Translations under genes and position numbers: made by a program
NCBI GenBank assembly: GCA_030265395.1
Contig: JARFYF010000001.1
Span: 116,623,182 to 116,687,181, forward strand
Length of the DNA: 64,000 nucleotides
DNA from: Rhina ancylostomus
Lineage: Eukaryota
Direction: 5' to 3'
Part shown: in pieces, positions 1 to 12,060 of the stretch
How positions within the stretch are numbered: the stretch's first letter is position 1
Layout of the letters: each line of letters starts with the position of its first letter
The notes under the pieces: generated by a model
What the model was told of the DNA's origin: nothing
Database searches by the model: none
Seen by the model: the letters and a program-made list of their open reading frames with translations, nothing else

Positions 1-1235
1 TTACTGGGATGCATCCTGAGGGCAGAATTCATTTGCATTTGGAAAGGCAAGGACTGATTAGGAATGGTTAAACATGGCTTTGTGAGAGATCATGTCTTGC
101 AATTTGATAAGAGTTTTTTGAAGAGGTAGCCAGGAGGATTGATGAGGGTGTGGACTTTAGCAAGGCCTTTGACAAGGTCCTGCATGGTAGACTATTGTGG
201 AAGATCAGAATACATGGGGTCCAAAGTGAGATGGCAGATTGGATACAAAATTGGCTTGGTGGTAAATGGCAGTGGGGAGTAGTGGACGGTTTTCAGATTG
301 GTCCCCATTGTTTGTCATGTGTATTAATGGTTTGGATGAGAATACAGGTGGCATGATTAGTAAGTTTGCAGATGACGCCAAAATTGGTGGTATGGTGGAC
401 AGTGAAGAAGATTGCCTAAAGATCACAACAGGACCCAAGTCAACTGGAAAGTGACAAAGAATTCGCAGCTGGAATTTAACTGGCACAAGTGCAAAATGAT
501 GCATTTTGGCAAGCTAAACTAGGCCAGGACATGCACAGTGAATGGCAGGGCCCTGATGAGTGTTTTTGAACAGCAAGACCATGGGGTACAAGTACAAAGT
601 TCCCTGAAAGTGGCAACAGAGTTAGATAGGGTGGTGAGGAAGGTGTATGGCATGCTTGCCTTCATTGGCCAAAGTATTGCGTTTTGGAGTTGTGAAGTCA
701 TGTTACAGTTGTACAAATTGTTGGTAGGCTGCACGTGGATTATTTCTGGTTGCTGTGCTATAGGAAGGATGTGATTAAGCTAGAGAGGGCATGGAAAAGG
801 TTCACAGGAATGTTGTCTCGACTGGAGGGCTAGACTGGATAGGCTGGGACTGTTTTCTCTGGTGTGAAGGAGGCTAAAAGGTGACCTTATAGTTTTATAA
901 AATTTTAAGGGGCACAGGGTTGATAGTGACAGTCTTTTTCACAGGGTAGAGGAGTCTAAAACTAGAGATGGTAGGTTTAAGGTGATGGGGAATAATTTTA
1001 AGGGGATTTGAGGGGCAAGTTTTTCACAAAGGGTGGTGGATATATGGACTGACTGCCAGAGGAGCTGGTAGAGGCAGGTACAATTACAACATTTAAAAGA
1101 CATTTGGGCAGGTACATGGATAGGAAAGGTTCAGAGGGATATGGGCCAAATCTGGCAAATGGTATTAGCATAGATAGATATCTTTGGTATGGACAAATTG
1201 GGCTGAAGGATGCTTTTCATGCTGTATGACATTGT
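1..1235 (+). mobile_element. CR1-clade LINE, ORF2 3' half and tail (decayed)
   Basis: DFSKAFDKVLHGRLL, ISKFADDAKIGG, YGMLAFI RT motifs; CR1-type 3' tail. Confidence 0.9.
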
Positions 1236-1471
1236 GGGTCAACAGAACCTTGGGTGGCTGGATTTTCCAGACTTTCGGAAACTTAAGCACCTGAAAATAA
1301 GCAATTAAAGCTAAATCTATCCTGGTTATCAGTGAACAGGCAAAGGAATGCTTCTTGCAAGCTCATGAATGCCTGTGTATTTTTTTTAAAAGCAAGCTGT
1401 TTACTCCTGACTCTCAGAATAAACATTTCCCGCTTCCTATGTCAGGAAGCTAGCCACATTTCCTCCCTTTC

Positions 1472-2590
1472 ATAGAGTCGTACAGCAGAGAAAGAGACCC
1501 TTTGGCCCACCATGGCCATGCCGACCATTAATTACCCATCACACTAATCCCATTTACCAGCACTTGGCATGGTTTCTATACCTTAGCAATTCAAATGCTC
1601 ATCTAGATGCTGTAAGAATACTTCTACCCCTTAATCAGGCAGTGCATTTCAGATTACATCTACCCTCTGGATGAAAAAAAATCTTCCTAAAATCCCCTCT
1701 AAATCTCTTCCTCCTTAGCCTAAACCTATGTCCTCAAAATTTTGATCCCTTTGTTAATGGGAAGAGTTTCCTTTTATCTACCATCTTTGCCCCTTATAAT
1801 TTTGTACATTTCAATCAGGTCCACCCTTGGTCCCCACTACTCCAAGGAAATCAAACCCAGCCTATCTATTCTCTCCTAATAAGTGAAAAGCTCCATCCCA
1901 GGCAACATTCTTGTGAATATCCTCTGTATCCTTTCCAGTGCAATTATGTCCTTCCAGAACTACAGCTGTGGCCTAACCAAATGATCTCCCTGCTCTTATA
2001 TTCTGTGGTCTTGCTGATGAAAGTTGGATTCCATTTGGAGCCTTCACCATTTCATCTACCTGTGCTGCCACCTTCAGGGATCTAAGGATTTGTGCACTAA
2101 GGTTCCTCTGTTTCTTATTCCTGCAGCCCAACTATTATTGTTTATGCCCTACCCTTATTCGTCTTCCTAAAGTGCAACACCTTGGACTTGTCTGGATTAA
2201 ATTCTATCTGCCATTGCTCTACCCATTTTACTAAATGATTAATATCTTCATGCAACCTAAGACTTTCCTCGTCACTTTCAACTACACCACCAGTCTAGTA
2301 CTCATGCCTCCTACATTCATATTCAAATCGTTAATGTATATGACAAACAATAGAGTCTGCAGCACTGACCTCTAGGATGCCCAAATAGTCACGGGGTTCT
2401 AATCACAAAAACAACCCTACACCATCAGCAATCACCAAGCCAATTTGCCTTGGGCTCTAACTTTTTGGACCAATCTCCCATGTGGGACCTTGACGCCTGC
2501 CTTATTGAAGTCCATGTAGATTACATCAACTACACTGCCCTCATCAACACTTCATGTTATCTCTTCAAAAAATTTAATTAGATTGATCAG
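1472..2590 (-). mobile_element. CR1 LINE fragment, minus strand
   Basis: Reverse-complement similarity to the element at 1-1235, including the DFNKA/KVPHGRL region and tail. Confidence 0.8.
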
Positions 2591-2899
2591 ACAATTCAGT
2601 ACTCTATCAACATGATACTTTGCAGCATCAGCTTTATCTGAGAATCCCTCTGATTTGTCCATACAAGTGTAAAGGTAGGAGGGAAGCTGGGTCAGAGATA
2701 GTAATTCAAAGAATCTTGCAACACATTGTACCTGCTCTTTAAAAGAACTCTGAACTTCTGGTCAGTGTCAGTCAGACGGATATACCACCAGCCTTGTGCA
2801 GTTTTGAGAATGAAGATGAGCATGTGGAAGGAGTATGAATGGAAAACCATTTTTGTGGTGGTGATCATAAATACAATTAGATTGAGCATAGTTAAGGAA

Positions 2900-4050
2900 A
2901 ATGACAAACATAATACATCAAGGTTCTAAATTGGGATAAGGCCAAATGTAATAGAAGTGATTTAACCTAGGTGGACTAGAAATGGTTTCTTTTACATAAA
3001 TCATTTGAAGAAATGGAAGGAATTCAACAAGGAGATTCAGGGTAAACATATTCTCAGAAAGCAAAAAGTTGAGGCAGCCAAATCAAGAATCACCTCCCAA
3101 CCCCCTTCCAGGAGGATGGTGAGGTGCATAAAAGAATAGGATAGGGTAAAAATGGGAAGCTGATGTTAGACACAGAAGGTGTGGAGGAGTATCGTGAGTG
3201 GGCTGAAATTAAAAGGGAAATTAGGAAAAGGAAAAGTTGATATGATAAAGTATTGGCAAGTAAAACCAAGGAGAGTCTCAGGAAATTTTATAAATACATG
3301 AAAGCAAGGTGGTCACTTAAGAAAGATTAGGGCCTGTCAGTGACCAAAAAGGTAACCTGTGTATGGAAGCAGAGAATGTGTACATCGTTCCTAATGAATA
3401 TTTTGCAATAGTCTTCATGAAAAAGGGAGATATTGCTGATGAAACAGTTAAAATGAACCTGTAAAATATTGGATGGGGTAAACATTGTAAATGAACAATT
3501 ATTAAGAAGTATTTCATCTTTAAAATGGCACAGTCACGCAGTAGGTGGAGCCTCAGCCTCACAGCTCTGGGGATCCAGGTTTGATCCAGACCTCAGATGC
3601 TATCTGTGTGGAGTTTGCACATTCTCCCTGTGACCATGTGGGTTTCCCCTGGGTGCAATGGGTTCGTCCCACATCCCAAAGACATATGGGTTGGTTAATT
3701 GGCCGCTGTACATTATCCCTAGTGTATAAATGGATGGTAGTATCTGGGGGAGTTGATGGGAATGTGGAGAGAATAAAATTGGTTTGGGTAAGTTTAGTGT
3801 AAATGGGTGGCTGTTGGTCAGCATGGACTAGGTGGACCAAAGGGCCTGTTTCTGTGCTGTATGACTATGTCTCTAACTTGCATTAATAAAGAAAATGGAC
3901 AAACTGCCATCTCCCATGAAATTTATCCCAGGCTGTTAAAAGAAGTAAAAGAAGAAATAATGGAGGTTCAGAGTTTTGCTTGTCAATCTCCTGTTGGTAC
4001 AGGAGTGCTACTAGAGGTTTGGAGGATTGCTGACATTGCCTTGCTCAAAT
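2900..4050 (+). mobile_element. CR1 ORF2 internal fragment interrupted by a V-SINE
   Basis: LNEYFA and IYPRLLKEVKEEI / WRIAD motifs either side of the SINE at 3528-3872. Confidence 0.65.
3528..3872 (+). mobile_element. V-SINE (HE1-like, tRNA head, CR1-type tail)
   Basis: V-domain core ctgtgtggagtttgcacattctccctgtgacc...gggtttcc; tail gggcctgtttctgtgctgtatgactat shared with CR1 3' ends. Confidence 0.85.
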
Positions 4051-4809
4051 ATGGCTAAATGGCCTCCTGTGTTGTAAAATATTTGTGATTTCTTTTTTTC
4101 AAACAATTTCTTAATTATGCACACCACAGAAAACAAGTGGTTGAAAGGGTGGAACCGGATTTCGGATAATTCATGTTTAGATAATAAATGAGACAAGGAT
4201 GTGCTTGTCATTGTAGTTACGTGCTGAAGCATTTGGAGCAATCAGTAATTTTGTTGGCATGGACCATAGTTAAAATACATTCCCTCCATCGTTGCACTGT
4301 AGTTGCAGTATGTCCCATCTATAGAATGCATTGTATTTACTTAGGTTACTCTTACCTCTACAAAGGCACTCGGTGTATAGGGACATCACCATCTGCAGGT
4401 TTCCCTCTCAATTATATACCATCCTGACTTAGAAATGTATTGCTGTTATTTTCATCGTCACAGGATTTATGTCCTAGAATGCCTTGTCTTTCAACATTGT
4501 GGGAGCATTTACACCAGAAGGACTGCCTGACCACCTCAAAGGCAATTAGGGATGGGTATTAAATGAAAACCTTTCCAGTGATCCCCACTGTCACCTGTTC
4601 TTGATACAGAATACCTTATTTGCAGACCCAAAGTGCCCTGGATTCCAGCAATGTGGCTGAGTGACAGCAGGGCTGCAGTGGTGCATTTAAGGCGCACTGC
4701 CCTGAAATGTACTTGAAAATTCCATTGCTAGCCTGCCACAGTTTTGCTGACTGTCAAATTTATAATGTCTGTTAAATGTTACTGTCTATTCTTGACATTT
4801 GAAGGCACT

Positions 4810-4917
4810 TATAAATAAATTTTAAAAATTTTAAGGAAGAAATTACTTTTCCAATGAATCTAATATAAATAAATTTTAAAAATTTTAAGGAAGAAATTAC
4901 TTTTCCAATGAATCTAA
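4810..4917. repeat. Perfect 54-nt tandem duplication
   Basis: tataaataaattttaaaaattttaaggaagaaattacttttccaatgaatctaa x2. Confidence 0.9.
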
Positions 4918-5859
4918 TTAGCCAAAACACTTACAAACAATTAAAAAGTTAGATCATTTTGAAAAAGGATAGTTGCCTGCCTTAATCTCTTTCCTTTCAC
5001 TCCACTGCTCGACACATCCCATTTAATATCACTGGGGTCTTGAGAGCTGATTTCCCAGAGTAAATGCTGGGAATCTCAACAAGATGGAACTCTGCTACTG
5101 GTCTCCAAATAGAATAGAGAAGCTAAGCAAATTGACTGATTCAATTTCATATCTGTAAATAAGGGACTTCTTGACTTTACATGTATGGAAGACTCAGATC
5201 TCTTTCTGTTTATGAGGAAAACCTGGGCTAATGTCTCAAACTGCTGTATTTTGTTTGGCAAAGGTGTCTTTTTTTTCCTGAACATGTATTCCTTTGTATT
5301 GAATGCAGTCTTTACATACTTTAAATGTTTCTTTAAGTTTTCCAAAGTTGAATTTGTAAGCATAGCTACTACTGTACAGCTTGATTGGAATTAAAACAAT
5401 GATGGGTTTATCAAGATTACACAGTAGGCCATTAGCACTGTCTCTTTAGTTTCTTTCCCTCTTTTTCTCCACCCCACCCCCATTTCCTTTGTCATGCTTG
5501 CCTCGTACTTGTATGCTGCATGTACACACTGTATTTGGACCCCAACTTATTTACAGCATTTATATATTTATGTTTATTTAGCTGAGTTGATGTCTGGTGC
5601 AAAATTGGGAATGCATTAGAAACTCTACAGTTTCATCTTAAGGTTAGATACAGTTGCTAATGTCTGGTACATCATGGCACAAAATGTTAATATTACATTT
5701 TAAATCTATGTGAAGCTTCTTTACATTATTAAAAAAATCAAATGGATGTGTAATAACTGATTCAATAACCTAAAATGCACAGATAATTTGGAGAGACTGG
5801 GCTTGCCAAAATAGGATTTTGAACATTGTTGGTCTAATTATAGGAATAAGCCATATAAA

Positions 5860-6560
5860 TCTTTGATCTTGCTCAGCCATTCAGTAAGCTCATGACATTT
5901 CCTGCATCTTATCTGTTTACCATCTAATCTCTTGATTCTCTCTGTCTTCAAAAATCGACCAGTCACAGTCCTGATTTATATGCAAGGACTGAGCATTCAC
6001 AGTTTTCTGGAATAGAGAATTCCCAGATCCTACAGCTATCTGAGTAAATAAATTTCTCCTTGTCTTGGTTGAGACCTTTATCCTAAGACTATGCCCACTT
6101 GGTTTGAGGAAACAGCATCTCATGATCTACTTTATCAATCTCTCTCAGAATCTTGTATTTCGTCACTTTTTCACATTTCTGAATTCCAGTGAATGCAGGT
6201 CTATTCCTTACAGTATCTACTGATTGGATAACCAGCCCTCTTCCAAATCAGTTTAGTATATTTATACTTCCTTGAAGACCAGTGTGGAGACCAACACTGC
6301 GTTCAGTATTCCAAGTTTAGTCTTGCCAAATCCTAATATATTGCAGATTGATTCCGTACCTTGGTGCTTAAACCATCTTGCAATTAAAAGTCGATCTACT
6401 ATTTATTTTCCAAATTACATATTAACTTCTGTGTTTCATGAACTAAAGCATTGTATTCCCTCTTTAAATCCAAATTTACAATTTAAAAAATATTCTTACT
6501 ACTTAGTGGATGACCTTGCATTTCCATCGTTATGTTCAATCTGCCATCTTCTTAGCCTTT
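5860..6560 (-). mobile_element. CR1 3' fragment (old)
   Basis: Minus ORF GHSLRIK...TRRNLFTQ..V..GNSL typical of CR1 ORF2 C-terminus. Confidence 0.7.
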
Positions 6561-6668
6561 TTACTTTATTTGTCTATATTACATATATTTTAGTGCCCTA
6601 CATAGATTTCTGAAACAAATATTTGGTGTTGGCAACCCTTCTAATTCTTTTATTTTTCATCTTTGCAG

Positions 6669-6760
6669 CTAAACCATTTACTTCTACTGTAAAGGAACTA
6701 CGGCTACACCGAGATGACTTTGAAATGTTGAAAGTCATTGGCAGAGGGGCATTTGGCGAG
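6669..6760 (+). CDS. CDC42BPB: MRCK beta exon (probable exon 2): [31 protein letters not shown]
   Basis: ttgcag|CT ... GAG|gtgagc; 92 nt; Gly-rich loop GRGAFG. Confidence 0.95.
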
Positions 6761-7069
6761 GTGAGCATTCAACAAATTGCATCTAATAGTGATCACATAC
6801 TTCATAGTATCCTACTATATTGTGGAAGTTGCTTTTCTGAGACAGCGATAAACCATTTACTATTATGTAATTGGATATTCTGTATAAAAATTAGTCAAAA
6901 CATTGATTGTGATCATCACCTGTTTTTTATAGTCATTTTTCGCTTATAATTAACTGATACTCTCTGTAATAGTTTGGAAATTTAATCTCTTGTTTTTGTG
7001 CACATGAAAATTTTTTTAGTCAAACCAATGAAATTACTACAATGATAACCATTACTACTGTTTGCCCTT

Positions 7070-7620
7070 AGGTAGTGCCTTGAACACAGCAAAATGTCTT
7101 ATGGCATTTTGCAGGAATGGTAACAAATAAGATTTAATTGAGCCATATATGGATAACCCAAGGCAGATGTCCAGAAGCTTGATGAAATCAGTAAGCTTTT
7201 GGGATTGTCTTAAAGGAGGAGAGAATACTATAGTGAAAACTTGTTTGTGAGGGACAATTTTAACATTATAAATGTAAGTAATATTTATCTAATTCCTGTC
7301 GAGAGAAATGGTAGCACTCATGATAAATTCAGAATGCTTAATAAAACAAGGTATCAAGGTTGCACTGTACTGAGAAAGGAGGGTCTGGGGAGAGAATTCC
7401 AGAGCTTGGAGCCTGGGCAGCTGAAGGCCTAACAGTCATTGGTAGTGATTTAAGTTCAGGAAAAATCAAAAACCAGAATTGCAGCAGGGAAGATATTTCA
7501 GGTGCTTACAAAGCTGAAAAAAAAATTACAGATATAGGAATGGGTGACGACATGGAGGGATTTAAAAACAAGGGTGAGAATTTAAAAAATCATCACTGCT
7601 TAACTGAGAGTCTACACATT
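7070..7620 (-). mobile_element. L2-like LINE 3' fragment
   Basis: gggagagaattccagagcttggagcctgggcagctgaaggc motif and tail as recalled for shark L2 3' ends; not database-checked. Confidence 0.55.
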
Positions 7621-8319
7621 CAGTCAAGTGGTGAAGTTCCTAACTTACTCTCAGCAACCATATATTAGTTATTTTTTTACCACTTGATGATAAAATTCTG
7701 AGTTATATTCTGGTTTCAAGCAGGTTGTTCAATCATCACCCCCCCCCCCGCCCCACCACCAGCACACCCCTTCCCTTTCTCTATAAATGGTCATAATGTT
7801 CAACTCTACTTGCTCTCAAAATAAAAGCTACATCAGTACAATTATCTTTCATAACTGACCATGTTGATAAATTTAGACTGGACAAGAAGTGAAATCTTAA
7901 AAGATTGGATCACTATTGATTGTAAATGTAGAGATTGTAGCATTTAAAATTGTAATAAAAGAACAGTACTGTATTGATGGGAAATTTTTTTTTAAAACTT
8001 TTCACTCTTAATTTATTTGTGTGGAATTGGATGAAAACCATTTCTTAGCGGAACTGGCTTGAGTTCTGCAGCTTGTAATTTAGTTTGTGTTTCCTGAAAT
8101 GGGGTGGGGAACTAAAAGCCTTTCTGAGAACCAAGAGGACTGCATTCCATAATTTGTTAGATCCTTCCTTAATAGGCATTGTTATAACAAAGGACAGATT
8201 ATTAGTGGCATCTAATTCTGTGCAATGATAATGAGAAGTGTGATAACTATAATTGCTAATATTCATGGACTGTGACCCTTCAATAAATCTGTATATATAA
8301 TGTTATTTGCGTTCAGTAC

Positions 8320-8525
8320 CCAATTAACCTACCAGCCATCATATCTTTGGCATGAGGGAGAGAACAGGAACACATGGGGGGCAAACCCACACGACCACAG
8401 GGAAAATCCACATGACCACAGGGAAAATGTACAAACTCCACACAGAAGAAGCCTAAGATCAGGATGGAATCCAGGTCTCTGGAGCTGTGAGGCAGCAGTG
8501 CTAACTACTGAGCCACTGCACTGCC
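8320..8525 (-). mobile_element. V-SINE with internal ~21-nt tandem duplication
   Basis: Reverse V-domain; ccacacgaccacagggaaaat repeated near 8386-8428. Confidence 0.8.
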
Positions 8526-10179
8526 TCATTGTTTGTCAGCTGTTTACCATTACAATAGCAATTAAGAGAGAGAAAATTGAGAATGTAATAAAGCATCATG
8601 TTTAAGATGTATGGTAAATTCTGTCGCATTAATTTGATGTGAAGCTGTCATTTTACGAAGAATCACAAGTGGAAAAACTGACTCATGCTACTTACAGCAT
8701 GATAGCTCACAACACCAGGCAATTAAAGAAATAACATTAACATCTTATTATATCAAGGGTTTTGTAGAATATTTAAGAATATTGAAGAAAGTAGTTCTCT
8801 TAGAATGTAATTTGTGTGAGTATGTAATTCTCTTAGAAATGTGGTAGTCACCAGAGGAGATGAAAATAGATTTACTGCACTTTGCTAGGAATACTGAAGC
8901 ATTATCCCAGATTATAAGATGGTGCAAGAACAGTATATGGCTTCAGTTAAATAACAGACTTTTATTCCATGGAATAAATTGGAGCTAAACAGTAAAAAAA
9001 AAGCCAGTAAGTAATATAGAATCATATAATAGTGCAGCTAGCACAGCCAACTAATCCCTTGCTACTTACCTATGCAAAGTAGGTGTTTTCCTTTTAAGCT
9101 TTTGAATTTTACCATTGAATCAGCTTCTAACCACTCTTTGGCAGTGTACTCAAAATCACAATAACTTTTATTTTAAAGTTTTCAGTGCTTTTACTTATCA
9201 TCTTGAATCTATGGCCTCTGCTAACTAGCCCTTCTGTACAGGAAGCTGTTTCTTCTTGTGCTCTTGGTTTTGAAACCTTCAACCAGATCTCCTATTAACC
9301 ATTTCTGCTCTAAAGAAAACCCTACCTTCTCTTATCCCACAATACTAAAATCCTCATTAGTAGTACCATTCTGAAATCCCTCACCAGTGGTTCTTTGTTC
9401 CTGCACCACCAAAGTTATACCTTTCACTTTTTATTGCCTTTCCTCATACTTCATTAAAATGTTTCTCATTGTTAAATTTTAACTGCTATGTGTCTGTCCA
9501 TTTTACCCACTTGTCTGCATCCTCAAGTTGATGCCTATCTTATTGTTTACCACATTTCTGATTTTTTTTGTATGTTAGCTTAGAAATTGTGTCCTGTACA
9601 TCCAAGGCAGCCACAGAAAAAGGTAGGGACAATGGATCATAATAAGTGATTTTAATTATCCAAAGATCAACATGAATAAATTACACTGGTATCCGTGGCC
9701 ATTGCTACCTGTCGAGTGCAAATTTGCTGTAGAGTTCTTGGTTCTCCAGTCCAAACACTCAAAGGTACATCCCTCTTATAAATGAAATCATCTGCACGAT
9801 GCTGTACCTAAAACCTGGTATGATCCCCTGTCCTCTGGCCTACCTGCAGCAAAGAATTGCCCATGGCTTGTTGCAGAGAGGCTATATGTGAGGGCTGCTG
9901 TTGAATGGCTGCATCACATGCCTCAGCTTGCCTGCCGTTGAAATATGGGGCTAAGCCAGCACCCCAGCCAGCATGGCAGGTGGAGCCATTGTTGGGGACT
10001 AGGAATGGCTGCTCCGCACATTAACACGCAGCCTGGAACCTCTCATCAACACCAGTTGAATGTGATCGAAGCTGCTGTCTCCTCTTTGTTTGGCTGCACA
10101 ACTCTCCCTAGCTCAGAGAAATTGCCATGGTAACAATCTCAACAGTGGTCCCTAGCCATTAAGTTTGTTACCATTAGAC

Positions 10180-12060
10180 AAATAGTTAATTGGAGAAGAG
10201 CCAATCTCATAAGGACAGAAACAAGTCTAGCTCAGGTAAGTTGGATTCAGAGCTTGAAAGGCTAAATTAAACAATGGGAGGCTTTTAAAGAATTTCAGCT
10301 ATAGCCTAGGTACATTCCCACAACGGAGAAAGATATAGGAATTAAAGCCAATGCTCCATGCATGATCGAAAAGAGAGTAAAATAGTGTAAAGAAAAGACA
10401 GGTTTATTAACACAAATGAGAACCAGGCTGAATACTAAGTTCAGGGGGAAAATAAAACGAGAAATGATAAATGATGGGGGGGGCGTGATAAAAGTCTGAT
10501 GATAAGCATAAAAAAGGAATTTTAAAATATTCAATAGACATGTGAACAAGAAAAGGGTTGTAAGAGGAGATCAGTCCAAAAAGTGCATGGCTAATGTAAT
10601 AGATGATTACTTGGTGAAGACTACTGCTGTCTCAGCAAATGAGGAGGTAATTGAGATTTTGGGTGGGTTGAAACTTGATAAATTGGAGGTATTAGAAAGG
10701 CTAGATGTACTTGGTGATATAAATGGGATGTTTTCTTGGTTGCTGAGGAAATTCAGAGGCCCTGGTAATAATCGTTCAGACATCTTTGCAGTCAGGCATA
10801 ATCACTGAATTCAAAGTTTAAAAACAGATGCATCAGGCTAAACTGGGAAACTACAGAGCAGTCAGTTTAACCTCAGTGGTGGAGAAATTTCCAGAAATAA
10901 TGATCAGGGACGGAATTAGCAGTCTCCTGGATGAACATGAATTGATTAGAGAAAGCCAACATGGATTTGGTAACTAGCTTGATAGAGTTTTTTGATGATG
11001 GAATAGAGCGGGGTGATGAAGGAAGTGCAATTGGTTCAGTATATTTGTACTTCCAAAAGGCATTTGATAAGGTGCCATGTAATAGATATGACATCAAGGT
11101 TGAAGGCCATGGAATAAAAGTGGCTAATAACAAGAAACACAAAATAGTTGTGAAAGATTATTTTTTGATTTGGTGGGAACTCCCCATGGTCAGTACTAGA
11201 AGCACTAGTTAATGTATATTAATGATTAGGTCTTGGGTGAACAGAGTATAACTTCCATATTGACAGATGACCCCAAAACAGAGAACTGTGAGGAGGATAG
11301 TAATAAACTTCAAGGACACATATACAGATTGATAGACTGGGCAGATAGAGAGCAGACGACATTTAATTCTGAGAAATGTTTTGATTTTGGTAGCAGGAAT
11401 GAGGAAAGGGAACAAACTGGAGAACACAATTCTAAAAAGAATATAAGAATGGGATTTGTACCAAATTTATTGAAAATGGTTTTAAAAAAGTAACTCAGAT
11501 AGAACCAAGAGCAAGGGAATCATAATGTACTTTTATAAAATGGTAGTTCATCCACAACTGGAATATTGTGTTCAGTCTGGGTGCCACACTGCAGGAAATG
11601 GTGGGGAAAGGGTGCAGAAGAGATTTACCATAATCTATTTTGGGACAAGGGACTTCAGCTGTGTGGGTAGACTGGAGAAGGTTGCATTATTTTCTTTGGA
11701 AGGAAGAGATTGAGAGGAAATATAATGAAAGTATTTAAAATCATGAAAGGTAGAGATGGAGTAGAGAGGGATTAATCCCGTTGATGTAGAGGTCAAGAAC
11801 TTGGGGACAAAGAATGAAGGTAAAAGAACCAAAAGTGACATGAGGAAGATTTCCATATAGGGCATCAGGTTAGGGTCTATGATGTACTGCCAGGGGTAAG
11901 AAGCAGATCAAATTGGACCATTCAAAAAGGAATTTGATGGGTTTCTGAAAATGAATAAATTTCAGTGCTCTGGGAGAGAGTGAGGGAGTGGGATTAGTTA
12001 GGTTACTCTTTAATAGAGAGGGTACAGTTTTGACAGGTAGAACCCATTCCGTGCCACAAT
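10180..12060 (+). mobile_element. CR1 ORF2 long fragment with tail
   Basis: LIEFFD, VYLYFQKAFDKVP, LEYCVQ, ERVQKRFT motifs. Confidence 0.85.

Noticed and set aside
150-774. Short RT-like ORFs as host genes
   Set aside because: Frameshifted pieces of a CR1 ORF2; no intact frame
3528-3600. tRNA gene
   Set aside because: Only the degenerate tRNA-derived head of a V-SINE; no cloverleaf
6623-6949. 108-aa ORF with hydrophobic N-terminus read as a secreted kinase
   Set aside because: The hydrophobic leader is the translated polypyrimidine tract of the intron; only 6669-6760 is exonic
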